A DNA stretch of 64,000 nt. Source: an uncultured bacterium. GTDB lineage: Bacteria; Babelota; Babeliae; Babelales; Babelaceae. Shown here piece after piece: positions 12,542 to 23,008 of the stretch. Below the pieces are notes generated by a model. That model did no database searches. It was not told the origin of the DNA and saw only the letters and a list, made by a program, of their open reading frames with translations. The position numbers were made by a program, and so were the translations under genes. The stretch lies in assembly GCA_963848965.1 (NCBI GenBank), contig CAWKFG010000001.1, positions 128,001-192,000 on the forward strand, written 5' to 3'. Position 1 is the stretch's first letter. Each line of letters begins with the position of its first letter.

Positions 12542-12814
12542 ATGGTTGATACACAACAGACACCAAAGCATATACTGACAGGCGAGGTAATTTCTGATAA
12601 AATGGATAAAACAGTAGTGGTAAAAGTTGAAAGAACTTATACCCATCCTCGATTCAACAAAGTTATTCGTTCGTCAAAGAAGTATAAAGTACATGATGAA
12701 ACAGAGACTGCCAAAGTAGGTGATATTGTAGAAATCTATGAAGGTCGTCCGCTTTCAAAGACAAAATATATGTATCTTGCGCGTATTATCCACAATAAGG
12801 GCGCAAGACAATAA
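12542..12814 (+). CDS. rpsQ: 30S ribosomal protein S17
   Basis: [21 protein letters not shown]. Confidence 0.98.
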   Translation: MVDTQQTPKHILTGEVISDKMDKTVVVKVERTYTHPRFNKVIRSSKKYKVHDETETAKVGDIVEIYEGRPLSKTKYMYLARIIHNKGARQ

Positions 12815-12830
12815 CAATAGGGTAAAAGAA

Positions 12831-13211
12831 ATGGTTCAAAAAGAGTCGCATCTTGTTCCTGCAGATAACTCTGGGGCATTGGATTTAAAGGTGTTTCACC
12901 TGGTAGGAAGCACTGGCAAAAGATTTGCTAGTATAGGGGATATTGTTATCTGTGCTGTTAAAAGGGCAATCCCTGGTGCGGAAGTGAAAAAGGGTGACGT
13001 TGTTACTGCTGTTATAGTGCGTACAAGAAAAGAGGTACGACGAGCAGATGGGAGCTATGTTCGCTTTGGAGATAACGCAGCAGTCCTTATTAAAAGTGCA
13101 GACGATACAACTCCAAGAGCTACTCGTATTTTTGGTCCTATAGCTCGAGAGCTTCGTGCTGGCGGGGAAAAGTTTTCAAAAATAATTTCATTGGCGCCAG
13201 AGGTTGTGTAA
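12831..13211 (+). CDS. rplN: 50S ribosomal protein L14
   Basis: [25 protein letters not shown]; start moved to ATG 12831. Confidence 0.97.
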   Translation: MVQKESHLVPADNSGALDLKVFHLVGSTGKRFASIGDIVICAVKRAIPGAEVKKGDVVTAVIVRTRKEVRRADGSYVRFGDNAAVLIKSADDTTPRATRIFGPIARELRAGGEKFSKIISLAPEVV

Positions 13212-13222
13212 AAGGAACTACT

Positions 13223-13531
13223 ATGATGCGTATTAAAAGAAATGATACTGTGCTTGTGATTGCAGGTAAGGATAAAGGAAAGCGCGGAGTTGTATTAGAA
13301 GTGCTTCCTGATAAAAACCTTATCAAAGTACAGGGGATAGCGGTAATGACAAAACACGTAAAAGCACGCCGTCAAGGAGAGATATCTGCAATTAAAAGGC
13401 AAGAAGGATTTATTCATCTTTCTAACGTAATGCTTATAAGTCCTGATGGTAAGCCATGTCGTGTTGGTGTTAAAACGCTTGAAGATGGAAAAAAAGTACG
13501 AGTATGTAATCGTACAGGGCAAACAATATAA
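13223..13531 (+). CDS. rplX: 50S ribosomal protein L24
   Basis: DTVLVIAGKDKGKRG, IHLSNVML. Confidence 0.98.
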   Translation: MMRIKRNDTVLVIAGKDKGKRGVVLEVLPDKNLIKVQGIAVMTKHVKARRQGEISAIKRQEGFIHLSNVMLISPDGKPCRVGVKTLEDGKKVRVCNRTGQTI

Positions 13532-13544
13532 GAGGTAAGGCAGG

Positions 13545-14117
13545 ATGAGTAAAGCCCAAAAAAACACAGACAAAAAAGCTCGTTTAGAAGAGCTCTATGA
13601 GTCAAAGCTACGTCCACAGCTTCAGAAAGATCTTGGACTTCCTAACGTTATGGAAGTACCAAAACTCGATAAGATTGTTCTTAACATAGGGGTTAAAGAA
13701 GCTGTTGGTGATAGCCGAGTATTAAACACGGTCATGCAAACGTTAGATGCAATTGCTGGTCAAAAATCGGTAAAAACTCTTGCGCGTAAATCTATAGCAG
13801 GTTTCAAGATTCGAGAGGGAATGCCAATTGGAGTTCGTGTTACGTTGCGTAGAAAAAAGATGTATGACTTTTTGGATAAGCTTATTAACTTAGGTTTACC
13901 AAAGGTACGTGACTTTCAAGGGGTGCCTACAAAGCTTGATTCTCAAGGTAACTATAACCTTGGTATTAAAGAGTGGAGTATCTTCCCGGAGACTGACTCT
14001 ACGAGTGAAAAGGTTTTTGGAATGAATATTACAATACATACTACGGCTGCTAATGATGCTCAAGGATTTGAGCTTTTGAGAGCTTTTGGTATGCCTTTTC
14101 GTAAACAAACAAGGTAA
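13545..14117 (+). CDS. rplE: 50S ribosomal protein L5
   Basis: KIVLNIGV, FKIREGMPIG, PKVRDFQG. Confidence 0.98.
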   Translation: MSKAQKNTDKKARLEELYESKLRPQLQKDLGLPNVMEVPKLDKIVLNIGVKEAVGDSRVLNTVMQTLDAIAGQKSVKTLARKSIAGFKIREGMPIGVRVTLRRKKMYDFLDKLINLGLPKVRDFQGVPTKLDSQGNYNLGIKEWSIFPETDSTSEKVFGMNITIHTTAANDAQGFELLRAFGMPFRKQTR

Positions 14118-14126
14118 AGGAATTGA

Positions 14127-14312
14127 ATGGCGCGTAAAGCATTGATTGAAAAATCACAACAAACACCAAAGTTTGCAGTAAGACATCGTAATAGATGCAC
14201 ATTGTGTGGACGGCCACGCGGATTTATCAGATTTTTTCAGATGTGCCGTTTGTGCTTTAGAATAAATGCATCTAAAGGTGTGCTGCCAGGTGTAAAGAAA
14301 GCTAGTTGGTAA
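14127..14312 (+). CDS. rpsN: 30S ribosomal protein S14, short Zn-binding type
   Basis: 61 aa, RCTLCGRPR and CRLCFR, GVKKASW. Confidence 0.97.
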   Translation: MARKALIEKSQQTPKFAVRHRNRCTLCGRPRGFIRFFQMCRLCFRINASKGVLPGVKKASW

Positions 14313-14333
14313 ATTATTTAGAGGATTGGTGGA

Positions 14334-14729
14334 ATGTCAGTTGATACAATTGGAGATTTTTTAACGGTAATACGTAATGGTGTATTAGCATCTAAAAAAG
14401 AAGTTACAACTCCTTATTCACGATTAAAGCACGAGATAGCACAGATTCTAAAAGATGAAGGCTTCTTACGTGATATTATTGTTGAAGATACAGGAAAAAG
14501 TTATAAGCAGCTACGCTTGATGCTTAAATACACAAAAGGTGAATCCGTTATTCATGAAATTAACCGGATAAGTAAACCGGGACGACGTACTTATGAAAGC
14601 ATTGCTCGTATAAAGCCAGTAATTGGCGGTTTAGGTATTACAATACTTACTACCCATAGAGGAGTAATGACTCATAAAAAAGCTCGACAACTAGGTGTTG
14701 GCGGTGAAGTCGTTTGTACAGTGTGGTAA
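14334..14729 (+). CDS. rpsH: 30S ribosomal protein S8
   Basis: DTIGDFLTVIRN, ISKPGRR, GVGGEV. Confidence 0.98.
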   Translation: MSVDTIGDFLTVIRNGVLASKKEVTTPYSRLKHEIAQILKDEGFLRDIIVEDTGKSYKQLRLMLKYTKGESVIHEINRISKPGRRTYESIARIKPVIGGLGITILTTHRGVMTHKKARQLGVGGEVVCTVW

Positions 14730-14741
14730 AGGTAGAAAGCT

Positions 14742-15278
14742 ATGTCAAAGATTGGAAGAAAACCCATACAAGTAGGTGGGGCTCAAGTAGAAATAAAAGA
14801 TAATGAGATTCATTACAAAGGTAAAAAATCGTCAGGCGTTCATTTTTTAGATAAAGCTCTTCAAGCAGAGCTTAAGGGAAAAGATTTATATATCACGCCT
14901 CGTACGGAAACCCCTGATACAAATAGAGTATGGGGACTTCATCGAGCACTCCTCTTTAATAAGATTAAGGGTGCTGATGTTGGTTTTGAAAAGCAACTAA
15001 AGATTAATGGTCTTGGTTTTAAAGCAAATGCTGCTAATTCAAAAATGCAGTTCTCTTTAGGATTTAGTCATAAAATAGATTTTGACTTACCAAAAGAGGT
15101 GACTGTAGAAGTTGATAAAACCGGTCAGTTGCTTACATTTAGATCCTTTGATAAAGATCTTCTTGGTCAAGTATGCAGTGACGTGCGTGCTTTACGACCA
15201 CCAGAGCCTTATAAGGGAACTGGGATACAGTATGTTAATGAAGTTATTCTGCGCAAAGCAGGAAAAGCTAAATCATAA
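14742..15278 (+). CDS. rplF: 50S ribosomal protein L6
   Basis: [20 protein letters not shown]. Confidence 0.98.
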   Translation: MSKIGRKPIQVGGAQVEIKDNEIHYKGKKSSGVHFLDKALQAELKGKDLYITPRTETPDTNRVWGLHRALLFNKIKGADVGFEKQLKINGLGFKANAANSKMQFSLGFSHKIDFDLPKEVTVEVDKTGQLLTFRSFDKDLLGQVCSDVRALRPPEPYKGTGIQYVNEVILRKAGKAKS

Positions 15279-15295
15279 TTAAGTGGAGCTTTAAC

Positions 15296-15649
15296 GTGTC
15301 TTTACAAAGAAAAATAGCAAAACGAACAGAAAGACGTGCATTACGCGTTCGTGCAAAACTGAGAACTACAGAGGTCCCAAGACTTTCAGTATTTCGCAGT
15401 TTAAACCATATTTATGCACAAATTATTGATGATGCTCAGCAAAAAACGCTGGTAAGTTATTCATCACAAGAGCTTGAGAATGTCAAAGGAACTAAAAAAG
15501 ACGTTGCTCAAGCAGTTGGGAAAGAGCTTGCTCAAAAAGCATTGAAAGCGGGCATTTCCAAAGTAGTATTTGATCGTGGGCCGTTCTTGTATCATGGGCG
15601 AGTAAAATCGCTTGCTGAAGGTGCAAGAGAAGCCGGACTTGAGATGTAA
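15296..15649 (+). CDS. rplR: 50S ribosomal protein L18
   Basis: [36 protein letters not shown]. Confidence 0.98.
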   Translation: MSLQRKIAKRTERRALRVRAKLRTTEVPRLSVFRSLNHIYAQIIDDAQQKTLVSYSSQELENVKGTKKDVAQAVGKELAQKALKAGISKVVFDRGPFLYHGRVKSLAEGAREAGLEM

Positions 15650-15662
15650 ATAGGATAAAACA

Positions 15663-16184
15663 ATGGCAGAAACAGCAAGAGAAAAAGAATTTGTAGATAG
15701 CGTAGTGAGCGTCAACCGAGTAACGAAAGTTACTAAAGGTGGTAAAAGGTTCTCCTTTTCAGCGTTTGTTGTATCGGGAGATCAGCAAGGACGTGTAGGT
15801 ATTGGACTTGGCAAAAGTAAAGAAGTATCTTCCGCAATTGCAAAAGCTACTGCGCGAGCACGTAAAAATATGATCACTATACCGTTGCGTGGTACAACTC
15901 TTCCTTATAATGTAAAAGGTCGTCATGGCGCTACATGGGTTGTAATAAACTCAGCGTATAAGGGAACTGGTGTTATTGCAGGTGGTGCAGTACGTTCAGT
16001 TATGGAAGCGATTGGTATTAAAGATGTGCTTGCAAAAACAGTAGGGCCATCACGATGTGGTCAGAATGTAGTAAAAGCTACTTTAAATGCGCTTGCAAAG
16101 TGTCGTTCAGCAGCAGATATTGCTGCACTACGTGGTAAATCAGTTAAAGAATTGGTAAAGGGTAATCATGACACTGCTGAGTAA
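15663..16184 (+). CDS. rpsE: 30S ribosomal protein S5
   Basis: [22 protein letters not shown]. Confidence 0.98.
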   Translation: MAETAREKEFVDSVVSVNRVTKVTKGGKRFSFSAFVVSGDQQGRVGIGLGKSKEVSSAIAKATARARKNMITIPLRGTTLPYNVKGRHGATWVVINSAYKGTGVIAGGAVRSVMEAIGIKDVLAKTVGPSRCGQNVVKATLNALAKCRSAADIAALRGKSVKELVKGNHDTAE

Positions 16185-16615
16185 TCTTTCTCGATTAGTA
16201 AAAAAAAGAAAGCGTGTAGGAAGAGGTGGAGACCTTGGAGGAACTTCTGGAAAGGGTCATAAAGGGCAAAAAGCTCGTTCAGGACCACGAATTGGTAGCG
16301 CGTTTGAAGGTGGTCAAATGCCACTTACTCGTAGATTGCCAAAAAGAGGATTTTCTAACGCTCCTTTTAAAGAGACCTATGAGATCGTAAATCGTACAGA
16401 AATTAGGTGTCATATTTGATACTGGTGCAACTGTCAATAGAGATGCTCTGGTTGAAAAAGGGATCATAAAGCGGAGTAGCAAACTTCCTATTAAGGTACT
16501 TGGTAATGGCACACTTGACAAGAAGCTTGTAGTCTATGCTGATGAATTTAGCAAGACTGCAGAAGAAGCCATTAAAAATAATGGTGGAGAAACTCATTTA
16601 ACAAGGGAGATGTAA
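16168..16615 (+). CDS. rplO: 50S ribosomal protein L15, frameshifted near 16393
   Basis: N-half [26 protein letters not shown]-half in next frame from 16394 (VQKLG...[32 protein letters not shown]) to TAA 16613-16615. Confidence 0.9.
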
Positions 16616-16619
16616 GGTT

Positions 16620-17936
16620 GTGGTTTTCTTAAAAAATTTTGGGAATATTTTTAAGATTCCTGAGTTAACACGAAAATTGCTTTTTACTCTCGGCGTTCTT
16701 GTTGTATACCGTATTGGTAGCTTTATTCCTGCTATCGGTATTAACGTACAACTTCTTGCAGAACATATGGCGAAGGCCTCTACATTTAGAGGAATATTAA
16801 GCTTCTTTGATACGTTTTCTGGTGGTTCCTTGCAATATTGTACTATTTTTGCATTAGGGATCAGCCCTTATATTACAGCATCGATTATGATGCAGATGCT
16901 TAGTATGACGGTGCCTTCTTTAGAGGCTCTTATGAAAGAAGGAGATTACGGCCGTAGAGTAATCAATCAGTATACACGGTATCTCGCTTTGATCTTAAGT
17001 GTAGGATATAGCTTTGCCTATGCGATGTATTTGAGTAATGCTAATGCTACAACAACACCGGGACTATTAATCTCACCAGGATGGAGCTTTAACTTTCTGT
17101 TTACTCTTTCCTTAACAGTAGGCTGTATGTTTACTATGTGGCTTGGTGAGCAGATCTCTTTGTTTGGTGTAGGAAATGGAAGCTCTATGATTATCTTTGC
17201 AGGTATCGTAGCACGGTTTCCAAGTCTTTTTGCACAAGTGCTTACTCTCCATCCAATTAAGGCATTCCTTGTACTTCTTGTGTTTGTGGCTATTACTGGT
17301 TGTATTGTTTTCCTTGAAAAGGGCGATCGCAAGATACCAGTACAGTATGCACGGCGTATTATAGGGCAGCGAGTCTATGGCGGACAAAGTACTTATATTC
17401 CGTTTAAAATTAATACTGGTGGGGTGATGCCTGTTATTTTCGCGTCTTCTGTGCTTAATATTCCTGCGTTTATTATAGGGCTTTTAGGTGAGCGATTTCC
17501 ATTTCTAAAACCAGTTGCTGCATCATTAGCAGGTACAGGATTCCTTTACAATGCTGTACTTTTTGCTTTAATTATATTCTTTACGTATTTTTATACGGCT
17601 ATTGTGTTTAATCCTACAGAGCTTGCAGATAATATCAAAAAGAGCGGTGGGTTTATTCCAGGTATTCGTCCTGGTAAACAGACAGCAGATTTCTTTGATT
17701 TTATTCTTACCCGTATTGGATTAGTAGGTGCTATCTATTTAGGTGCACTTGCAATAGCGCCAAATATTATTGGCGGGATGTTAAATCTGCCATTTGCGGT
17801 CAGTGGTACGTCTCTTCTTATTATGGTGGGTGTAGCGCTTGAAGTTTCTGCGCAGATTGAATCGTATTTAATAGAATATAAGTATGGATCATTTTTATCA
17901 TCAGGTCAGCGAATAAAGAGTAAGGTTACACGTTGA
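16620..17936 (+). CDS. secY: Preprotein translocase SecY
   Basis: IFALGISPYITASI, GNGSSMIIFAGI, GVMPVIFASS, FIPGIRPG. Confidence 0.99.
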   Translation: MVFLKNFGNIFKIPELTRKLLFTLGVLVVYRIGSFIPAIGINVQLLAEHMAKASTFRGILSFFDTFSGGSLQYCTIFALGISPYITASIMMQMLSMTVPSLEALMKEGDYGRRVINQYTRYLALILSVGYSFAYAMYLSNANATTTPGLLISPGWSFNFLFTLSLTVGCMFTMWLGEQISLFGVGNGSSMIIFAGIVARFPSLFAQVLTLHPIKAFLVLLVFVAITGCIVFLEKGDRKIPVQYARRIIGQRVYGGQSTYIPFKINTGGVMPVIFASSVLNIPAFIIGLLGERFPFLKPVAASLAGTGFLYNAVLFALIIFFTYFYTAIVFNPTELADNIKKSGGFIPGIRPGKQTADFFDFILTRIGLVGAIYLGALAIAPNIIGGMLNLPFAVSGTSLLIMVGVALEVSAQIESYLIEYKYGSFLSSGQRIKSKVTR

Positions 17937-18625
17937 GACATACAGATATTTTTATCTTTCTTGGTCCTCCTGGGTCAGGTAAGGGGTCAATTTCAGGATT
18001 ATGTACAAAACGGCTTGGCTGGACACAGTTTTCTACAGGAAACTTATGTAGACAGCATATTGCAGATAGAACGGAAATAGGTAAAAAGATAGATTTTATC
18101 ATAAAATCTGGTAAACTTATTTCTGATAGCCTTATTATGGAAATGGTTCATGAGTGGCTTATACCGTGGTTGGCAAATGGTCATAGTATTATTTTTGATG
18201 GACTTCCACGTACACAAGCACAAGCAGAAGCTTTAGACACCTTATTTAAAGCTTTAGATTCTCATAAAATTAAGGTGCATGTTATGCGTTTGGCTATAGA
18301 TGATAGCGTTATTATTGATCGAGTAAAGACACGAGCTATTTGTCAAAAGAAAGAGTGCCAAGCGGTATATTCGTTGCATGAGCATTCTCCACAGAGGCCG
18401 CATAAAGATATGATCTGTAATGACTGTTCTACTCCTTTGGCAAGAAGACAAGAGGATGAAGAAAACGTGCTTAAAGAGCGGTTGCTTATTTACCATAAGC
18501 ATGAAGATGAGATTATGGATTTTTACCGTAGTGTTGGTCAGCCGATCCATATCTTAAATGCTGAGGTGCCACTTGAAGAGGTGTATACACAGCTTATTTC
18601 GTTACTGGATCGTGAATCTTTATGA
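17933..18625 (+). CDS. adk: Adenylate kinase (Cys-containing LID)
   Basis: GPPGSGKG, STGNLCR, DGLPRT; follows secY. Confidence 0.93.
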   Translation: MRHTDIFIFLGPPGSGKGSISGLCTKRLGWTQFSTGNLCRQHIADRTEIGKKIDFIIKSGKLISDSLIMEMVHEWLIPWLANGHSIIFDGLPRTQAQAEALDTLFKALDSHKIKVHVMRLAIDDSVIIDRVKTRAICQKKECQAVYSLHEHSPQRPHKDMICNDCSTPLARRQEDEENVLKERLLIYHKHEDEIMDFYRSVGQPIHILNAEVPLEEVYTQLISLLDRESL

Positions 18626-19371
18626 TTACTATCAAAAACGAAAATGCTCTTGAAAGAATGGCTAAGGCAGGATCACTACTTGCACGCATGTTTGAAAAGA
18701 TGCCTCAGTTACTTGAACCAGGTGTAAGTACTGCTCACATTGATGCATGGATAGATGGTTATTTAAGACAGCATAATCTTGTGTCAAGTATGCGAGGGTA
18801 TATGGGATACCGTCATGTAAGTTGCATTTCGCTTAATGATGAGGTGGTGCATGGCATTCCAACCAATGATCGAAAGCTTAAGGAGCATGATTTGGTTAAA
18901 GTAGATGTATGTGCTTCATTTAATGGTTATTGTGCAGATATGGCACGAGCATTTTTTGTGGCAGAAGGAACTCAAGAGGCTCGACGTCTTGTTGATGTAG
19001 CATGGAGTGCCCTTAGTAAAGGGATAGATGAAGTGCTAGCAGGGCAGCGCTTAGGCAATGTTTCTGCTGCGATACAGCAAGAGGTAGAGGCTCATGGCTG
19101 TGGAGTGGTGCGAGAGTTTGCAGGTCATGGTATAGGAAAGCGGATGCATGAGGATCCGGAAATATTAAATTACGGAAAACCTGGTTGTGGTCCAGTGATG
19201 AAGCCTGGGATGGCATTTGCTATAGAGCCTATGATCACCGCTGGTGATTATAAAGTGTATGTAGCACATGATGGATGGACAGTGAAAACGATAGATAAAA
19301 GTCTTGCTGCTCATGTAGAGGATACGGTTATAGTGACTGAACATGGTCCACGTATTCTTACACGGGTCTAA
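18622..19371 (+). CDS. map: Methionine aminopeptidase type I
   Basis: CISLNDEVVHGIP, GHGIG, AIEPMI, AHVEDT. Confidence 0.98.
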   Translation: MITIKNENALERMAKAGSLLARMFEKMPQLLEPGVSTAHIDAWIDGYLRQHNLVSSMRGYMGYRHVSCISLNDEVVHGIPTNDRKLKEHDLVKVDVCASFNGYCADMARAFFVAEGTQEARRLVDVAWSALSKGIDEVLAGQRLGNVSAAIQQEVEAHGCGVVREFAGHGIGKRMHEDPEILNYGKPGCGPVMKPGMAFAIEPMITAGDYKVYVAHDGWTVKTIDKSLAAHVEDTVIVTEHGPRILTRV

Positions 19372-19387
19372 AGGTAACGAGTAGACT

Positions 19388-19615
19388 ATGTCAAAGCAAA
19401 AAGAGGATATTATAAAAGTTGATGGGATCGTTAAGGAAACGCTTCCAAATGCTATGTTTCGTGTAGAAATCGAAGGTGGGCATGTGGTATTAGCGCATGT
19501 CTCAGGTAAAATGCGTATGAATTATATTCGTATCTTACCTGGTGACAAAGTAGCACTTGAACTTTCTCCTTATGATCTTACCAGAGGACGCATTGTATTA
19601 CGGTATAAAAGTTAG
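19388..19615 (+). CDS. infA: Translation initiation factor IF-1
   Basis: [35 protein letters not shown]. Confidence 0.99.
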   Translation: MSKQKEDIIKVDGIVKETLPNAMFRVEIEGGHVVLAHVSGKMRMNYIRILPGDKVALELSPYDLTRGRIVLRYKS

Positions 19616-19624
19616 GGTAATGAC

Positions 19625-19741
19625 ATGAAAGTAAGAACATCAGTAAAAAGAATATGTAGGGACTGCCGTATTATTAACCGTGAAGGGGTAGTACGAGTTC
19701 TTTGCAAAAAGAATCCGCGCCATAAGCAAAGGCAAGGATAA
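19625..19741 (+). CDS. rpmJ: 50S ribosomal protein L36 (not in ORF track)
   Basis: Own translation [38 protein letters not shown]. Confidence 0.98.
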   Translation: MKVRTSVKRICRDCRIINREGVVRVLCKKNPRHKQRQG

Positions 19742-19763
19742 GTTAGTATAGTGAGGGTATAGC

Positions 19764-20153
19764 ATGGCTAGAATAGAAGGTGTTAATTTACCAAGAGAAA
19801 AGCGTATTGAATATGCGCTTCCCTATGTTTTTGGTATAGGTCTTAAAAGATCTCGAGATATTTTAAACAAAGTTGGTATAGACTTTGATCTACGAGTAAG
19901 AGATTTAACTGATGAGCAGGTAACTGCTATTCAGAAAGAGATTACTGCAAATTATGCAACAGAAGGTGATTTGCGTAAAGAAATTAGGCTTAATATTAAG
20001 CGTTTGCAAGATATCAACAGTTACAGAGGGTTGCGACATAAAAAGTCATTACCTGCTCGTGGTCAAAGAACAAAGACAAATGCGCGTACACGTAAGGGTC
20101 CACGTAAAGCAGGTTCTGCAGTAGCGCTTAAGAAAAAAATAACGAAGAAATAA
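19764..20153 (+). CDS. rpsM: 30S ribosomal protein S13
   Basis: [30 protein letters not shown]. Confidence 0.99.
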   Translation: MARIEGVNLPREKRIEYALPYVFGIGLKRSRDILNKVGIDFDLRVRDLTDEQVTAIQKEITANYATEGDLRKEIRLNIKRLQDINSYRGLRHKKSLPARGQRTKTNARTRKGPRKAGSAVALKKKITKK

Positions 20154-20174
20154 TCTGTGGTAAGGAGATGATCA

Positions 20175-20558
20175 GTGACTTACAAGAAGAAAGCGAAGAA
20201 AGTAAAACGACAAGTTGACACAGCAGTAGCGCATGTACAGTCAACGTTTAATAATACCTTAGTTTCGGTAACTACGGTAGAAGGTGATGTGTTACTCAGA
20301 TCCAGTGCAGGAAAGCTTGGCTTTAAAGGTGCTCGTAAAGGAACGCCGTTTGCAGCTTCTCAAATAGGGTCAACACTTGCAAAAGAAATGTCTGGTATGG
20401 GTATCAGAAACATAGAGGTTAATTTGCAAGGGCCAGGAGCAGGAAGAGATTCAATTGTACGAGCATTTCAGTCATCAGGACTTAATGTTTCGATGCTCAG
20501 GGATGTAACGCCGCTTCCTCATAATGGTACAAGACCTCCTAAAAAACGGCGTGTATAA
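20175..20558 (+). CDS. rpsK: 30S ribosomal protein S11
   Basis: STFNNT, GTPFAA, DVTPLPHNG. Confidence 0.99.
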   Translation: MTYKKKAKKVKRQVDTAVAHVQSTFNNTLVSVTTVEGDVLLRSSAGKLGFKGARKGTPFAASQIGSTLAKEMSGMGIRNIEVNLQGPGAGRDSIVRAFQSSGLNVSMLRDVTPLPHNGTRPPKKRRV

Positions 20559-20591
20559 GGTAATTTATTTTTTAAAGGAAGATGCAAGAGC

Positions 20592-21164
20592 ATGGAAAGA
20601 AGAAATCCAGCAGAACGTTCTGCCAAACTTGATCGAACCTCTAAAGCTGAGCGTACTCCAAAACGTGTGCGTAAACTGTCAGAATATGGACGACAGCTTG
20701 AGGAAAAGCAGAAAGTAAAAGAAATGTATGGCATGCGTGAGCAGCAATTTAAACGATTTTTTTCAATCGCAACGAGAAGCCAAGAAGCAACTGGTGAAGC
20801 GCTTTTAAGTTTGCTAGAAAGAAGACTTGATAATGCTGTCTATCGCTTAAAGCTCGCTTCAACGCGAGCGCAAGCACGACAAATTATTGTTCATGGTCAT
20901 ATTTTAGTAAATGGTAAGAAAGTATATTCTCCTTCATATTTAATATCTATAGGAGAAGAGATTTCACTTGCTCCGCAAGTTGTTGATAAAACAACATTTA
21001 TTGAACAGGTAATCGATAAGCGTTTAAATTCTAATGTCAAGGTTCCAGAATGGATGGAATTAGATAAAAAAGGACGTAAAGGGCGAATTTTACGTTTGCC
21101 AGTACGAACTGATATTCAAACGCCAATTGAGGAACATCTTATCGTTGAGCTTTACTCTAAGTAA
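20592..21164 (+). CDS. rpsD: 30S ribosomal protein S4
   Basis: SEYGRQLEEKQK, LERRLDN, ARQIIVHGH, LIVELYSK. Confidence 0.97.
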   Translation: MERRNPAERSAKLDRTSKAERTPKRVRKLSEYGRQLEEKQKVKEMYGMREQQFKRFFSIATRSQEATGEALLSLLERRLDNAVYRLKLASTRAQARQIIVHGHILVNGKKVYSPSYLISIGEEISLAPQVVDKTTFIEQVIDKRLNSNVKVPEWMELDKKGRKGRILRLPVRTDIQTPIEEHLIVELYSK

Positions 21165-21197
21165 AGTGATGATATCGTTTCATAGGGATACGCGCTT

Positions 21198-22274
21198 ATG
21201 GTTAAAAATGTGAAAGAAAATATGTCGAAAAGAAAGTATCAACCGTTAACGATTCCACGCTTGAGTTGGACAAGAGAAACACTAACAAGCTCTTTTGGAG
21301 AGCTTGTAGCACAACCACTTGAGCCAGGATTTGGGATTACATTAGGTAACGCTTTAAGACGTGTTTTATTAGGGGGAGTTGAAGGTTCTGCAGTAACAGC
21401 AGTCATTATTAAAGGTGTTAATAATGAGTTTTCACCACTTGAAGGAGTGGTTGAAGATACCATGCAAGTAGTTCTCAACATAAAAGAGCTTGTGGTAAAA
21501 AATGCTACCGGAGAGCCTGGTAAAATGAGCCTCAAGGTAAAGGGTGAAGCAGTCGCTACTGCAGCAGATATTGTAACGGACGAACATTTAGAAATTGTAA
21601 ATAAGGATCATCTTATTGCCCGTGTAGCTCAAAATGGCCTTTTGGAAATTGAATTTTTTGTAGAGTCTGGTAGAGGATATCAACCTGCACAGTGGCCTAT
21701 AGGACAAGCATTACAAGATGATAACCGTATTTATTTAGATGCTATGTTTTCGCCTGTTAGAAATGTAACATTTGAGGTTGAAAAGACTCGTGTAGGTCGT
21801 GAAATTGATTATGATAAATTAACGCTTGGTATTACTACTGATGGTTCTGAAACACCAGTGGATGTCATGCACTATTCAATTTCTGTATTACGTACCCAAC
21901 TTGAGCACTTTTTACTTGTTTCAGAAATTCCGTTTAATGAGATTTCTGCAGCACCACAAGAAGAACGAGTTGAACAAAGAACAGAAGCAGATGAGTCAAC
22001 TCTTAAAGGAATACCAGTTGATTTATTATTGAAGCCTATTGATGAGCTTGAGCTCTCAGTGCGTGCACATAACTGTTTGATCAACGCAGGTATTAAGCGT
22101 ATCATTGATCTTGTTAATCTTTCAGAGGACGAAGCTCTTAAGATTAAGAATTTTGGACGTAAGTCACTTAATGAAGTGAAAGAAAGCTTAAAATCCTTTG
22201 GTTTATCGTTTGGAATGAATATTAAAGAATCAGATGTAAAAAGACTATTAGAAAGTAAGGATATTGGGGTATGA
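21198..22274 (+). CDS. rpoA: RNA polymerase alpha subunit
   Basis: PLEPGFGITLGNALRRVLL, IDELELSVRAHNCL, NFGRKSLNE. Confidence 0.99.
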   Translation: MVKNVKENMSKRKYQPLTIPRLSWTRETLTSSFGELVAQPLEPGFGITLGNALRRVLLGGVEGSAVTAVIIKGVNNEFSPLEGVVEDTMQVVLNIKELVVKNATGEPGKMSLKVKGEAVATAADIVTDEHLEIVNKDHLIARVAQNGLLEIEFFVESGRGYQPAQWPIGQALQDDNRIYLDAMFSPVRNVTFEVEKTRVGREIDYDKLTLGITTDGSETPVDVMHYSISVLRTQLEHFLLVSEIPFNEISAAPQEERVEQRTEADESTLKGIPVDLLLKPIDELELSVRAHNCLINAGIKRIIDLVNLSEDEALKIKNFGRKSLNEVKESLKSFGLSFGMNIKESDVKRLLESKDIGV

Positions 22275-22630
22275 AACATCAAACCGGTAGAGTAAAATTA
22301 AACCTACCATCGGCGCATAGAAGTGCCATGCTTCGTAACCAAGTGATTACGTTAATTACGTATGGTCACTTAGTGACAACGAAAACACGAGCAAAAGAGG
22401 TGCGCCGATTAGCAGAAAAGTTAGTAACACTTGCTCGTGAGGGCAATAACTTTAATGCTCGACGTCGAGCAAAGGCAATGCTTCCTTATAAAGAAGAAGC
22501 GCTTATTAAATTGTTTAATGATATAGCGCCACGCTATGTGCATCGCCCTGGCGGATACACTCGTATCATTCCTTTAGGACGTCGAGTAAGTGATACTGCA
22601 ACAATGGCGCGGCTTGAATGGGTACTATAA
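22271..22630 (+). CDS. rplQ: 50S ribosomal protein L17
   Basis: HRSAMLRN, TTKTRAKE, RPGGYTRI. Confidence 0.98.
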   Translation: MKHQTGRVKLNLPSAHRSAMLRNQVITLITYGHLVTTKTRAKEVRRLAEKLVTLAREGNNFNARRRAKAMLPYKEEALIKLFNDIAPRYVHRPGGYTRIIPLGRRVSDTATMARLEWVL

Positions 22631-22636
22631 ATAAGT

Positions 22637-22873
22637 ATGACCTACGAGCATATTATTAAGAAGATTGAAGATCTTCTGCAAGAGCTACGTCCTACCATAC
22701 AGATGGATGGGGGAGATATCGAGTTTGTTTCTTTTAAAGATGGGATAGTTTCTTTGCGACTGCACGGGGCATGTGTAAACTGTCCTCTGTCCCTTTACAC
22801 GGTAAAGCTTGGTATCGAGGAACGATTAAAAGAGCATATACCAGATATCCAAGAAGTTATTGCAATTAATTAG
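22637..22873 (+). CDS. NifU/Nfu-family Fe-S carrier protein
   Basis: LRPTIQMDGGDIE, LHGACVNCP (CxxC), GIEERL. Confidence 0.92.
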   Translation: MTYEHIIKKIEDLLQELRPTIQMDGGDIEFVSFKDGIVSLRLHGACVNCPLSLYTVKLGIEERLKEHIPDIQEVIAIN

Positions 22874-22879
22874 CATATA

Positions 22880-22916
22880 AAGCTCCCTGCTTACAGAAGT
22901 TGGGAGCTTCTTTTTT
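22880..22916 (+). terminator. Intrinsic terminator ending the ribosomal superoperon
   Basis: AAGCTCCC-N14-GGGAGCTT then CTTTTTT. Confidence 0.7.
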
Positions 22917-23008
22917 GTATCTTTGTTAATTAATTGTTGACAAGAAAAATGCTCTTCCTATAGATTAGACATCAGCGCGCGTGATTATTAAGAAAGGGGA
23001 AATGGGGT

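Noticed and set aside
3609..22282. Many antisense or alternate-frame ORFs over ribosomal genes
   Set aside because: Shadow ORFs of conserved genes with no RBS or recognisable motifs
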